Below, in pieces: positions 15,335 to 29,060 of a stretch of 64,000 nucleotides of DNA; position 1 is the first letter of the stretch, and each line of letters opens with the position of its first letter. The notes beneath the pieces are model-generated. The model saw only the letters and a program-made list of their open reading frames with translations. It ran no database searches and was not told where the DNA came from. Origin of the DNA: the human T2T-CHM13v2.0 reference genome, Homo sapiens. A program made the position numbers and the translations under genes. The stretch covers positions 30,016,001 through 30,080,000 of the forward strand of contig CP068257.2 of NCBI GenBank assembly GCA_009914755.4, read 5' to 3'.

Positions 15335-15719
15335 ACGTTTACATGTACATGTATATTCAACATGTACAAATATAACCTATTCAAAAGTATTTACTACATA
15401 AATAGGTACTTACATTACCTATTTACTGTAATAGTCAAAGCCTATGAAGTATCTAACACTGATGTGTAGGTACTCACTTTGCTTGCCACTCTATTAGGTG
15501 CTTTTTATGTTATTTAATCATGAAGCCTGGCCACAGGGTGCTTGTGCATTGAGTGTGGGAACAAGATTACCATCTCCCTTTTGAGGACACAGGCCTAGAG
15601 CAGTTAAGCAGCTTGCTGGAGGTTCACTGGCTAGAAAGTGGTCAGCCTGGGATTTGGACACAGATTTTTCCACTCCCAAGTCTGGCTGCTTTTTACTTCA
15701 CTGTGAGGGGTAAAGGTAA

Positions 15720-15911
<192 letters not shown>

Positions 15912-15959
15912 TAGTTAGATAAACAGTAGAGTAGCCCCTAAACGTTAAAACCCCTCAAC

Positions 15960-16253
15960 TTGTTTTTGTTTTTGAGAAAGGGTCTTGCTCTGTCGCTCAG
16001 GCTGGAGTGCAGTGGCGCTGTGCGATCATGGCTGACCTTAGCCTTGACCTCCCAGGCTCCATTGATCCTCATGCCTTGGCCCGTAGCTGGGACTACAGGT
16101 ACACACCACCACGCCTGGCTAATTTTTGTATTTTTTTCTAGAGGTGGGGTTTCATCATGTTGCCCAGGCTGGTCTTGAACTGCTGGGCTCAAGTGGTCTA
16201 TCCTCCTCGACCTCCCAAAGTGCTGGGATTACATGTGTGAGCCACTGTGCCTG
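15960..16253 (-). mobile_element. Alu (reverse) about 90 nt downstream of SOD1 exon 2
   Basis: gagaaagggtcttgctctgtcgctcaggctggagtgcagtggcg...tgtgagccactgtgcctgg. Confidence 0.9.
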
Positions 16254-16599
16254 GGAAAACCCTCAACTTTTCTTTTAAAAAAGAGGTCAACTTTATTGTA
16301 TATAAGCACTGTGCTAAAATTGCAGGAACTGGGACCATATCCTGATTTTTGTAATAATGCCAGCAGAGTACACACAAGAAAAGTAACTGCACTAGATTGT
16401 GAAGACTGGGGTGGACCTGCTTCTGAAGGTCCAGTGCCCTTTGTCTTAAGATTTGGTGTAGTGTGTCTTTAGAAACCAAAAAAAGAGAAGAAGATCAACC
16501 TTAAGATTAGCCACAAAACTGGGCTTTGATACCTAGGTGTGGAAAAGAAAGGGAAAGAGTTGATGTTTTGTCTTACAGCATCATTGTAGAAGAGGGTGT

Positions 16600-16935
<336 letters not shown>

Positions 16936-17916
16936 TAAAAACTTGGGCTCTTAACTTTTGTAATGATCCCAGGTGTTTGAGCTGGGGGTTGAGGGTGGGT
17001 GCCTCGAGCAAAGGGGCTGCATTTATTTGCATAATGCCATGTAAGAGTAGCTCTACACCCCAAACACAGGCTTCTTAGTGGGACCAAAGTATGATACAAA
17101 CTGAAGATGGAATGCAGAGGATTATTGGTACTTTGGAATATGCTTAAAAAAATTTTTTTTAAAGTATTTTTAAAAAATCAGGCAACCCCTGAACCAGAGT
17201 AGGTTCAGAGAAACTGCCAAATTTTATTTTCTTAGTTTGGGATTGGAAGCAAGTTAACAGAAGTTTATGAGTTAAGTTGCATTTAGTGATCTTTTGCCAT
17301 ATTTGAGTAATAATCTGATTTTTTTGTTTATAGATTTCTTCTTAAATTAACTTTATTCATCTTGCTAATTTAGTTTCAAATAGTGATTTGTAATGATCAG
17401 ATTTGATCCATTTCTGTAATTGCTGAAATTCCCCCGAGTTGCTTTTTGGCTTTACCGCCTCTGGTCTGGGAGGTGATTGCTCTGCTGCTTCCTGTAACTT
17501 GCCTGCCTTTCTCCCTGTGTGGGACTCCTGCGGGTGAGAGCGTGGCTGAAGACAGCCGTGTTATGAAAGGGCCTCCTGTGCTGTCGAGGTTGTGCTCTGT
17601 GAATGTCATCCCCTGGTGCACAGCAGCACCTTCTACACAGGATACAGTTGGAATGCCGCCCCCTCGAGTTGTGTAAGGCAGCAGCCTTGGCCCTTGCACA
17701 TAAGATGCTGTTGAATATTCTGCCTGCACCAAGTAAAGGGCACAGATAGAACTGCTTGGCATATGTTGCTGGGGAGATGAGTTTTTTGTAAAGTATACTA
17801 CGTTCTTAAGAATTTGGATCATAACCATGGGATTTTAATAATAGAAAAACTGTTGAAGATCAGTCTGGTCCCTTATTTTTACAGTGAAGAAGCCAAAGCC
17901 CAGAGAAGGGTGTTAA

Positions 17917-18258
<342 letters not shown>

Positions 18259-18432
18259 TAGACTTGTTTCTGTTCCCTTCTCACTGTGGCTGTACCAAGG
18301 TGTTGCTTATCCCAGAAGTCGTGATGCAGGTCAGCACTTTCTCCATGGGAAGTTTTAGCAGTGTTTCTTTTTAGAATGTATTTGGGAACTTTAATTCATA
18401 ATTTAGCTTTTTTTTCTTCTTCTTATAAATAG

Positions 18433-18502
18433 GCTGTACCAGTGCAGGTCCTCACTTTAATCCTCTATCCAGAAAACACGGTGGGCCAAAGGATGAAGAG
18501 AG
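18433..18502 (+). CDS. SOD1: SOD1 exon 3 (GCTSAGPHFNPLSRKHGGPKDEER, 70 nt)
   Basis: Acceptor tataaatag|GCTGTACC, donor GAG|gtaaca; frame continuous with exons 2 and 4. Confidence 0.95.
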
Positions 18503-19224
18503 GTAACAAGATGCTTAACTCTTGTAATAATGGCGATAGCTTTCTGGAGTTCATATGGTATACTACTTGTAAATATGTGCTAAGATAATTCCGTGTTTCC
18601 CCCACCTTTGCTTTTGAACTTGCTGACTCATCTAAACCCCTGCTCCCAAATGCTGGAATGCTTTTACTTCCTGGGCTTAAAGGAATTGACAAATGGGGAC
18701 ACTTAAAACGATTTGGTTTTGTAGCATTTATTGAATATAGAACTAATACAAGTGCCAAAGGGGAACTAATACAGGAAATGTCATGAACAGTACTGTCAAC
18801 CACTAGCAAAATCAATCATCATTGTGAAACATAGGAAGCTTCTGTAGATAAAAAAAAAAATTGATACTGAAAACTAGTCGAGACTCCATTTATATGTGTA
18901 TGTTTTCTGAAAGCCTTTCAGAAAAATATTAAATTTAAGGACAAGATTTTTATATCAGAGGCCTTGGGACATAGCTTTGTTAGCTATGCCAGTAATTAAC
19001 AGGCATAACTCAGTAACTGAGAGTTTACCCTTTGGTACTTCTGAAATCAGGTGCAGCCCCATCTTTCTTCCCAGAGCATTAGTGTGTAGACGTGAAGCCT
19101 TGTTTGAAGAGCTGTATTTAGAATGCCTAGCTACTTGTTTGCAAATTTGTGTCTACTCAGTCAAGTTTTAATTTAGCTCATGAACTACCTTGATGTTTAG
19201 TGGCATCAGCCCTAATCCATCTGA

Positions 19225-19431
<207 letters not shown>

Positions 19432-20441
19432 TAGTCGCGGTTTCTAAAGATCCAGATAAACTGTACTTGCAGTTCAAATTAGGAAAAGCAATTTTATTGG
19501 ACAATTACGGTGAAAATGAATTATTTTATCTAGGTCAGTTAAGAACACTGTTCTGCTAAGATGCAGTAAAAAGCAGGTTACATTTGACCATATTAGATCT
19601 GAGTTTGGAAAACAGAAGTAGTCTTTAGTTTTAAAATGGCCAGATTTTCTTGCCAGGATTGGGTTTCTCACTTGTTAAACAGAACATTTTGTTAAGTTTA
19701 AAACCTGGGATGGACTTAAGTATTCATGTTCATTCATGTTCATTCAGGACTGCAGGTTATCATGACTTGTTTAACTTGTGGGAAGCTGTTGTCCCAAGTT
19801 ATCCTGGGGAACTGCATCTGGTTCTTGCAAAATACCAAGTAGACAGGCTCTCTTTTACCTCCCCTTGAGGGCATTAACATTCAGTAGTCACTTCCATTCA
19901 GTTAACCCTTTATTTTTATGGTTTTTCTTGAGCCATAGTTGTAAAGCAGAAAAATCATTTATAAAGGTTTGTTGAACAAAATTCAAAATACTGTTGCTAA
20001 AGTATTAAGATTTTTTAGGATTATACCTTACTTATAGGCCTGTCATTCATTTGGCATGAAATTTTGAGTTTTATTCACTTTCACTTTCCTTTTTTTCCAA
20101 AGCAATTAAAAAAACTGCCAAAGTAAGAGTGACTGCGGAACTAAGGTTACTGTAACTTACCATGGAGGATTAAGGGTAGCGTGTGGTGGTCTACAACATA
20201 GTTATTTGGGTTTTAGTATTTCATTTAGACAGCAACACTTACCTAATGTTTAAAGGTAATGTCTTTGCAACACCAAGAAAAAGCTTTGAGTAGTAGTTTC
20301 TACTTTTAAACTACTAAATATTAGTATATCTCTCTACTAGGATTAATGTTATTTTTCTAATATTATGAGGTTCTTAAACATCTTTTGGGTATTGTTGGGA
20401 GGAGGTAGTGATTACTTGACAGCCCAAAGTTATCTTCTTAA

Positions 20442-20561
<120 letters not shown>

Positions 20562-20638
20562 ACATTCCCTTGGATGTAGTCTGAGGCCCCTTAACTCATC
20601 TGTTATCCTGCTAGCTGTAGAAATGTATCCTGATAAAC

Positions 20639-20644
20639 ATTAAA
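20639..20644 (+). promoter_or_regulatory. SOD1: Proximal poly(A) signal ATTAAA in SOD1 3'UTR
   Basis: Hexamer seen 215 nt upstream of distal AATAAA; consistent with the two SOD1 mRNA size classes known to differ by about 220 nt. Confidence 0.55.
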
Positions 20645-20853
20645 CACTGTAATCTTAAAAGTGTAATTGTGTGACTTTTTCAGAGTTGCTTTAAAGTACC
20701 TGTAGTGAGAAACTGATTTATGATCACTTGGAAGATTTGTATAGTTTTATAAAACTCAGTTAAAATGTCTGTTTCAATGACCTGTATTTTGCCAGACTTA
20801 AATCACAGATGGGTATTAAACTTGTCAGAATTTCTTTGTCATTCAAGCCTGTG

Positions 20854-20859
20854 AATAAA
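20854..20859 (+). promoter_or_regulatory. SOD1: Distal poly(A) signal AATAAA of SOD1
   Basis: Canonical hexamer gtgAATAAAaaccc about 295 nt past stop codon, followed by GT/T-rich region. Confidence 0.75.
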
Positions 20860-22613
20860 AACCCTGTATGGCACTTATTATGAGGCTATTAAAAGAATCC
20901 AAATTCAAACTAAATTAGCTCTGATACTTATTTATATAAACAGCTTCAGTGGAACAGATTTAGTAATACTAACAGTGATAGCATTTTATTTTGAAAGTGT
21001 TTTGAGACCATCAAAATGCATACTTTAAAACAGCAGGTCTTTTAGCTAAAACTAACACAACTCTGCTTAGACAAATAGGCTGTCCTTTGAAAGCTTTAGG
21101 GAAATGTTCCTGCTTAGTCATTTTAGCATTTTGATTCATAAAGTACCTCCTCATTTTAAAAAGACATTATGATGTAAGAGAGCCATTTGATAACTTTTTA
21201 GTGAGCTTTGAAAGGCAAGTTACAGCCTCAGCTAGCTAGTAAGATTATCTACCTGCCAGAATGGCACAAATTCTACATTCAAGGGTAGACGCTGGCACAA
21301 CCTACTTACAGATTAGCCCTTTAAAGCAATCTGTAGCATTAGAAGATGGAACCAAGGAAATGTTTGACTGTGGGTTCTGGCTGTTGAGAAATAATTTACA
21401 CACCGAATTAGTGAAATGAGTCACTTTCTCTTAATGTATTTATGTACCTGAGAGAATGCTTTTCAATGTTAACCTAACTCAGGTTTGACTAAATTATTCA
21501 ATTGGAAATTGTAGAATATTATTTCTGATAAACCAGAAATAAGTGAAATGCTGTTTGTTCATAAATATGTACTTTATCAAATGTAGGAGAGATCATTTAG
21601 GAGAGGAAAAGCTAAATTGGAAGACAAATCTGTAGTGTTTCCAAAGTTTTAAAATTATGGTAAACAACAGTATGTTCACAGTAAGTGGTTAAAACAACCA
21701 TTCTTTAAATCTCAGTAGAGAATTTTTAAAAAGCAGTATTTAACACATTTCCCTAATGTAGTTTGTTGCCTATGTGGAATAACTCAATTAGAGACTCACT
21801 TATGCCTTTTGAAACTTCAAATATAATTACACTACCAGTTTTTACATGTGCATATAGGATGGTCCCAATACTTTAAATTGGAAATACAGGCTGTAAGTCC
21901 TTCAAGTCTGGATGTTGGGTAATCACGTTTTCTTCCAGAAGCCATTTGTTAGGACTTTAAAACTTCTCAGTGGGCCAGTGTAAAATTAAGGACAAGTTTT
22001 ATAATTTAAATTTACAGATAAATATAAAACAATTTTCTCTCATTTTCTAAAGGCAGGAATATAAGGACATTGCCCTAGATATATTCTCCCCATCAAACCA
22101 AAGGTCTTGCTGCTGAGTATTATTTAAAAACCAGAGTAATAAAGCAGCTTCGCCTGAGGATGAAGGCAAAGACAAAGTTAACTGCTCAGCATACTGAAAC
22201 CAGGAGTTTGAAAAAGTAATTCAAAACAACTTCAAGGCCATAAATACTTGGATAGTGTGACATCAGGTCTTGGCACTGGATTTCCTGCAATTTCAGATGA
22301 AGGCTTGACTTGGCTTTAGATGTTTTCATGTGATAATTCTTGGATAACCTACAACGATTTTTCCTATTTAACCCACCAACTTTAAGCAAAAGAAAGAACG
22401 TATATGTGGGGGAAAAGTTCGTTTACCTCTGCCCCGCAGGGGAATTAAAACGCTGGTGAAGAAAGGCAACAGGCAAGGCTTATATAAGGAAACAGTAGTA
22501 GGCTGCACTGAAGTCCTCAAACACAACAAAAAGCTCTTAGGTTGCAAATGTTAACCTTGATTCTTTTACCCTTTTGAAAAATTCAATGGGATGGTTGGGA
22601 AAAAAAAAAAACC

Positions 22614-22640
22614 ACAGACACACACACACACACACGCAAC
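22614..22640. repeat. (CA)n dinucleotide microsatellite (about 11 units) in SOD1-SCAF4 intergenic spacer
   Basis: cagacacacacacacacacacgcaa. Confidence 0.9.
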
Positions 22641-23014
22641 CTTCTAACGTAATACCCAGGCAGTCCGATAATTTATAGTACAACGTGTAACACTGGGATC
22701 CAACTTTTCACCCAGCAAAATCTCCTTACAAATTAGGGCAACATATACCACAAAGCCAATGGAAAAAAAAAGAAAACCTCGATTGAATTGCAAACACAGC
22801 TTTTCAATTGACATTAAAACAACTAACCTTTACCTTATGACTGAGCACTAAAAATCAAAAGTATTACATATGAAAGTGAGAATAACTACATAAAATGTCT
22901 ATTTTCATCAAATAAGTCTAATTTAGACTCCAATACAGTATTAACAGCTCAAACTTTGACGGTGAACAATCCTTTTCCACCTTAATGCAGTGTAGGAAGA
23001 ATAGCACACATTAA

Positions 23015-23382
23015 AGTTTGTTACGAAAATAGAGTTTATTAAAAACATCCCTATTGTTTTGAGGAGCTTTCACCGTTACCTTGTCTTAAATTAAAAAAAA
23101 AAAAAAAAATAGAGAGCACTTCTAATTACGATTTGTAAACTTTTTAAAGTCAAAACTTTTAAAAAGTTACAGCAAAAAGGGTAATATTTATTCATATTTT
23201 CAGTATTTTTTGTTATTTTGTGGCTATTTTTAAATAGAAGGGAAGCAATCAAATTGCTTACAGTTCCCCACCAGCTGGCGCGGGGCTGCAGTACAGCGGG
23301 AGCGGATATAATACAGCATCTGTACACCTCAAGCTCTACACTCCAGGAAGTGTCACTGTCACATTTTCACAAATTCCAGTCT
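23015..23382 (-). other. SCAF4: SCAF4 3'UTR (end approximate; candidate minus-strand AATAAA at 23035-23040 and 23187-23192)
   Basis: tttatt hexamers on + strand downstream (in gene sense) of the SCAF4 stop; gene end inferred. Confidence 0.45.
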
Positions 23383-24338
23383 CTAACGAGGAGCCTCTGC
23401 TGCTGAGCCAGAATCCTTTTCGGGTTCAACGGATGAGGTAGCCTCAGCAGGTAACTCTTCAGAAGGCTTTAGGACTGCAGCCTCAGACACCCCCTTCTCA
23501 AGTTCTGAAGCAGTGTCTACATTTCCCACTTGGCTAATGGGAGGTTCAACGGTTTTGTTACCACCTGCCCTGTCTGTCACCTCAGGCTTTTCCTTTCCTC
23601 GGGCTTCTTCCTTCTCTCTACGAGACTCTCTATCTCTAGAATCTCTCTCTCTGTCTCGATGCCCACTAGAGCGTCTATTTCTCTCTTCCAAGTCTCTGTG
23701 CCTGTCCCGGTCAGGGCTCCTCCTTCCCCACTCTCTCCTGTCACGGTTACTATTATCTCTATCATCATTACGGTTCCCATACCGTTCCCGGTCATTTTCC
23801 ACCCTATTTCCAAAAGATCTTCTTCCAAACCTTTCTTGGTCTCTACCTGAATTGAACTGCTGCCTGTTATCATTTCTAAACTGCTGTGGCTGCTGCTGTG
23901 TTGGTGGAGGCTGTTGTGATGGTGGTGGCTGCTGCTGCTGCTGCTGCTGTGGTTGCTGGGGCGCCTGCGGCTGTGGCTGCTGCTGTGGCTGCTGCGGCGG
24001 CTGTTGCCTTCCGTCTCTGTCTTCAGGACCCCCTGGGCCTGGCCCTGGGCCCCCGAGCCCTGGCATTCCACCAGGCCTAACAAAGGGGCCATGCGGTGGG
24101 AAGGGACCTTTCATTCCATGAGGTGGAGGCATCGCAAAGCCCCCTGGTCCTGGCGGTGGGCCTCTGTGCATCATGTGCGGTGGCATGGGACGGGGCGGCA
24201 TCAAAGGGAACCGCTGTAAGTGAGGTGGGGGCATTCCTGGAGGGCGCTGGAGTGGGATGAGACCGGGCCGGGCGCCAAGAAGACCAGTAGATGGTGCCTG
24301 AAGTCCAATTACAGGACCAGGGGCAACTCCTTGAGTGC
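23383..24338 (-). CDS. SCAF4: SCAF4 terminal coding exon (...TQGVAPGPVIGLQAPSTGLLGARPGLIPLQRPPGMPPPHLQRF...Q/P-rich...RD/RE/RS-rich...SAAEAPR*), stop TAG at 23383-23385
   Basis: 283-aa ORF in track extended upstream in frame to acceptor ttttgtcgtcttttag|GC at 24338; phase matches upstream exon (G codon split 1/2). Confidence 0.85.
23925..23945 (-). repeat. SCAF4: (CAG)6-7 run within imperfect CAG/CAA repeat encoding the SCAF4 poly-Q/P stretch (coding strand is -)
   Basis: + strand gctgctgctgctgctgctg inside ...QQPPQQPQQQPQPQAPQQPQQQQQQQPPPSQQ... Confidence 0.85.
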
Positions 24339-27300
24339 CTAAAAGACGACAAAAATAAAAATGTAAACACCACCGAAGATGGCACTCCAGTTTCAGCTGT
24401 GTTCTGTGGCGCTTAAAGCAAAATAAAATTCAACCCACAATCTTCAAATTTCATAGTTTGCCACTCTGTCACAAACCCAGTGTGAGGCCTAGTAACAACC
24501 TAAGGCAAGCAATTGCAAAGACATTTTTAAAGTATCTAATACAGGTAGAGGCCAGAATAAACTGGGAAATAAAATAGTAATGGTAATACCAATTTTCAAA
24601 GAGTATGTCAAAATCTCCTGTAGCTTTCATTAGAAGCTGTCTTCCCACTCCAAATACATTTGAGAAACACAGTGTGCTAAGTCCTAATGAGATAAATACA
24701 TTCACTATCAGTAACTATTCAAGCTAACTAAGCATACTGCAGGTGCACACTTAGAAAATTTACACCCCGTCTTATTACTAGAAAAAAATGAGGTCACTGA
24801 CCTAGAAAACCCAGGAAAGAGGAAGATCTCTTTGACTCCATGCTACACTTAGTCCATATTATTAAAATGCCTCATGCAGTTACTATGCAATGTGCATCAA
24901 ATAAACACTAATGTCTACAAAACAAAGATCCATACACAAATGTGAAGTTTACTGTTACAGTTCCTTTTTCAAGGCACAGCATGATATTTAACTTGCGAGG
25001 CCATCACGACCTGAATAATGCTCAATGTTCAGCTGTTCACCTTCTATTCATTATTTCTATTCATTCTTCCAAAGGTGGCAAGTCTGGTAAGGTTGGTGCT
25101 GCTGAAATAACAATGACTTCTTGGTTTTATTTTCCTATCTACATGAGGGTTTGCTCATACTGATATAAGAGTCACGCAAGTTCAACAACCTGTCATTTTC
25201 TGCTTGGGGTTCACCACTTAGGTACAGAAAAGCATTGGAATCTCTCAATTTATCCTTTTGCAAATATAAATAAGACAAATACTATAATACTATGATTGAA
25301 AGGAGTTATTCTGATAATGGAAAATGTTCCAGGTACTGTTAAGAACATGCTATTTACCCATGTGCTGCAGAAAGGTCTTTGAGCAAGTTATGGGTTATGA
25401 TCAGTTAGCAATGGTAAGAAAAATACTTGGGTGACACTGACAGAAAAATGACCAATTGGGAAATGCTGATTACCACAGCAAAAGCGCCAGAAATTGTGAA
25501 ATGGATGAGGTGATGGCTCTGTCCCTTCACAGGCTCTTCAGACACTTTGGGAAAATCCCAATGAACAAGTACAGGACACCAGCTACACTGTATCTCAGAT
25601 AGAAATAAAACACTCTTCACATCATTTGGGAAATATTTACCGAGTATATACCATACACTGGGGCAACAGAAGCACATGTCCTTGCTTTCACTTTGTAAAG
25701 AAATAGTGTAGTTCCAACACCTGTGGACTTTAATCCAAAACATAAAATGTATATGCCCAGGCACAGTCTCTTTTAATAGAGGGATCATTATATAGAAACA
25801 CCTGAAACAAACTGAACTTTACTTTCCCATTACCTTTTATCAGTAAAGATTTGTTTTCCAGGACTAAAATGACCAATGTTTACTGTTAACGGAGGTCAGC
25901 ATAGCACATTCTGGTGCCTATCTATAGGTTCAAGTGGCCAAGCCAAATTATAAAATAACACCAGAAAAACGGGGGAAACAGTTTCAAAGCATCTTATTAT
26001 AACAAGAGAATTTAGTTGAGATGAGTCTTCAAAAGGAAAGTGATTCCTGAAGGGCAATGGGAAGGTCCTACTCCTGATGCCCCATTGACTTGGCTTCCTC
26101 AAGTATCTGACAGTGGCCAAAGGATGCAAAGCCACCTCAACTTTGTACAGAAGAGAGAAAATGGGCCCTGATGATAAAATACAAACCCCAGACTGAAGGA
26201 CCACATCTCTTAAGTACTTTACAGCATTCATTTGAGGGTATAAATTAACAGGGTTAAAATTTACAATAATCATATAAACCTTATATAAAAGCACAATTTT
26301 TATAAAGAATTGCCTACTTGTTTGATACATGTGGATATTTGTGTGTGGGATTTGCTTAAAACATTATACACTCAAATCCTTTCCCTTCTTCGTAAATAAA
26401 GCTAAAAAGATGTGGCCAGCTGGGTTTCCTTTTAACCCTTTGAGAGCCAACTAAATTTATAGATTCCTGATAGAATATGCCCATAGCCCCAGATGGCCTT
26501 CAGACCACAAAAAAAATTTTATCTGTAGTTCCTTTTATTCCCTTTTGCAGTGAACATGTAATGCTTTTATAACCAGTTATATTAAAAACACATTAGGTGG
26601 CAGAAGACTGGCAAGCATGCTAGCTAGGAAGTCCTTATTAGGAAAGCTGGCATTAGGCATAAACCATCAGTATATTGTGAGTTACCCAGGTGAAAAGGGC
26701 ATTCAAAGCAATTGTTCATTTCATTTGGAAATATGACGTGTGATATCACTGATGAGTTTTCTAAAGTTATAAATTTTTAAAAAACCCAATTCATTCATAT
26801 TATGTATTAAATATCTGAATTTTCTATTAACTCATTTAATAGTCCTTTCCTTCAAAAGGGACAGTTTGGTAGAAATAGACAAATTTCAATTGCTGTAGGA
26901 GATGGCACAAGCTAGCATGGTGGTATAGAGGTGGGACTCATAAAGCTGGTGTGTGAATCTGAGTGGCAGTCATCGGGGGTGTCTGAATTGGATCTCAAAG
27001 GAAAATGCACAAGGCCAGTGAGTTAAGGAAGGACGTTACTATCAAGACATTACTAGCAGCTTTTGAAAAGGCATATAGCAAGGTAAAGCAGTGGTGTGTG
27101 TGGTTCAGAGAACCACAATAAAATGACTTGATGAAAACTAAGAAGAAAGGAGAAAATACAGATGAGGTTTATGAAGCTAAAGAGATAAGTCAGGGCAATT
27201 CACAGGCCCTATATGCCATAAGGAGGAACCTGGACTTTGACCTCTAGTGGTGCAGAAAACCAAGTAATTTTTAGCAGGGATAAATGATTCTATGATTGTT

Positions 27301-28599
27301 TTTGATAGATCCTTCTGGCAAGTAGTGTATAGGATAGCTAAGAGGGGAAGGCCCCTCGAGAGTAGTTAGGCACTTATTCGGAGAATCCAGCAGTGACAGT
27401 GATAGTGACAAGAGACTGAAGTGAGAGGTGCTAGAGATGGAGGACACACTGAAGACATTTAGTGGACAGGAAGGACAGGGTGTAAGCGATGAAGGAACAC
27501 AGCTCTCTGCCTTAACTGAGCGGATGCAGCTGTCAACGCAAGATCAGAAGAGTGATGGTGTTAACTCCCCCGGAATATAGGTGAAACAAAAAAGGGCTCA
27601 GACCTGGGAAACAAATTTTTAATACAGCGAGGCATTAGGGCAGACCAAAACAGTGATGGCTCTAAGTGCCTGAATTCAAATTTGGGAAGTATGGAAAACA
27701 CACTGGAGTTTAACTAAAAATAACCAAGAATCTGTAAATATTTCCTATGACGATCCAAAAAACAGTTGATTTACAATTACAAAAGGGGGTGGGGAGACAC
27801 CATTGCCATCTACAGCAAAGATGCCTGAAATGGTGTGAAATAAAGAACAAGTACATTAAAGGGCTACGGGGGAGGTGGGAGAAAGGAAGGTTGATTTCAT
27901 AGTTGGAGTCCAACGTGGACCTTGAAATCTCCGGAGAATGTGCATAAGGGATACAAAAGGCATATAATGAATAGGGTGGCTTTCTGTCAAGGACCACAGA
28001 GTGTACGCAGTCAGGGAGACAGATATAAAACATAAAATGTAAAAGGTCTGATTTAAATATTGTGGGAGTGACCAACTGCATCAGTTGCAGAGGATTTTGC
28101 AGAGGATGCAAAATTTCAGTGAGATCTTTACAGAAAAAGAGGAACGACTCAGTTCCTCTACCTGTTTTGGTCAACAACCCTATCTTCCATTCTACCAGAG
28201 CCACCATCTCTAGGAGCTCTAGATGTTTGATCACTAATAAAGTCATTACTTCCAAATTCCCAATTTCAAGTACCCCACTCTTTACCTGCTTCTCCTCTTT
28301 CCAGGTTATTCTCTCCAGATCTCCTTTCCCCAAACAATCTTCAATCCCACCAGGCTCATGCCTCACAAGGCCCTTCATGTTTTTATCTTAATCCTTACCT
28401 GCTCTGGAGTCCATGGCTCTCCCTCACCATATCTGCCTGGAAAATCCCCAACATTGGTTTTAAATGCAACTCTTCTGCCTAATCTCCACCTGGACATGGA
28501 GTATGCTGACTGCTCTCATTTCAAATTTCTGTAATTACAACCCAAGTGGACCCTTCATTCTGGCCAGTAATCTAACATTTTCCTAGTCAATCCACATTC

Positions 28600-29060
28600 T
28601 CATGTCCTGGATGAGGACACATGTTCAAGGTCCTCCTTCATCCTGTCTACTCTTAGTTGTTTTGTTTGGTAATTTCAGTAAGGTAAAATTCACACATCCT
28701 GTAATTTACCCACATAAATGTACTATTCAATGGTTTTAGTATATTCACAGAATTGGGCAACTATCACAATCAACTTTAGAACATTTTTATTACCCTAAAA
28801 GGAAATCCTGCATCCGTGGGCCATCTCTATTTCCCCAGCTTTCCCCTCATCTGTCCCAGCCCCAAGCAACCACATAATGTTTTCTGTCTCTGTGGGTTTA
28901 CCTATTAACATTCTGTATAAATGGAATCATAAAATATGTGGTCCTGTGTGACTGACTTTTGCTTGGCGTATCTTCTCAAGGTTCATCCATGTTGCATGTT
29001 TAAGTCCTTCATTTTTTATTACTAATATTCCGTGATATGAATATACCATATTTTAGTTAC
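28600..29060 (+). mobile_element. Ancient L1 3'-end fragment (within SCAF4 terminal intron)
   Basis: Characteristic L1M 3' motifs: aaattcacacatcctgtaatttacccacataaatgtactattcaatgg...tggaatcataaaatatgtggtcctgtgtgactg...ggttcatccatgttgcatg. Confidence 0.5.

Larger units (their letters stand above)
20562..20900 (+). other. SOD1: SOD1 3'UTR (to distal cleavage site, approximate)
   Basis: Downstream of stop to about 25-40 nt past distal AATAAA. Confidence 0.6.

Noticed and set aside
17397-17828. 143-aa minus-strand ORF in SOD1 intron 2
   Set aside because: No homology, no splice or promoter signals, and it is antisense within an intron.
22385-22470. Near-palindromic ccccgcagggg and TATA-like cttatataagg in the SOD1-SCAF4 spacer, considered as a possible intergenic promoter or small RNA gene
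   Set aside because: The motifs are isolated, with no CpG island, no A/B box or snRNA PSE-like elements, and no ORF. I could not support a feature call from sequence alone.
23513-24121. 202-aa plus-strand ORF (C/G/L/S-rich) and other + strand ORFs over 23530-24219
   Set aside because: Antisense shadow of the SCAF4 Q/P/R/D-rich terminal exon. Repetitive CAG/CCN codons suppress stops on the opposite strand.
25405-26330. 127- and 144-aa minus-strand ORFs in SCAF4 terminal intron
   Set aside because: AT-rich intronic sequence with no motifs and no exon-like junctions in frame with SCAF4.
27710-28378. 222-aa minus-strand ORF, the second-longest ORF in the track
   Set aside because: No recognisable domain and a low-complexity, hydrophobic or arbitrary composition. 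It lies deep in the 12.7-kb SCAF4 terminal intron adjacent to L1-derived sequence and has no splice-site or promoter context. It is most likely a chance ORF.
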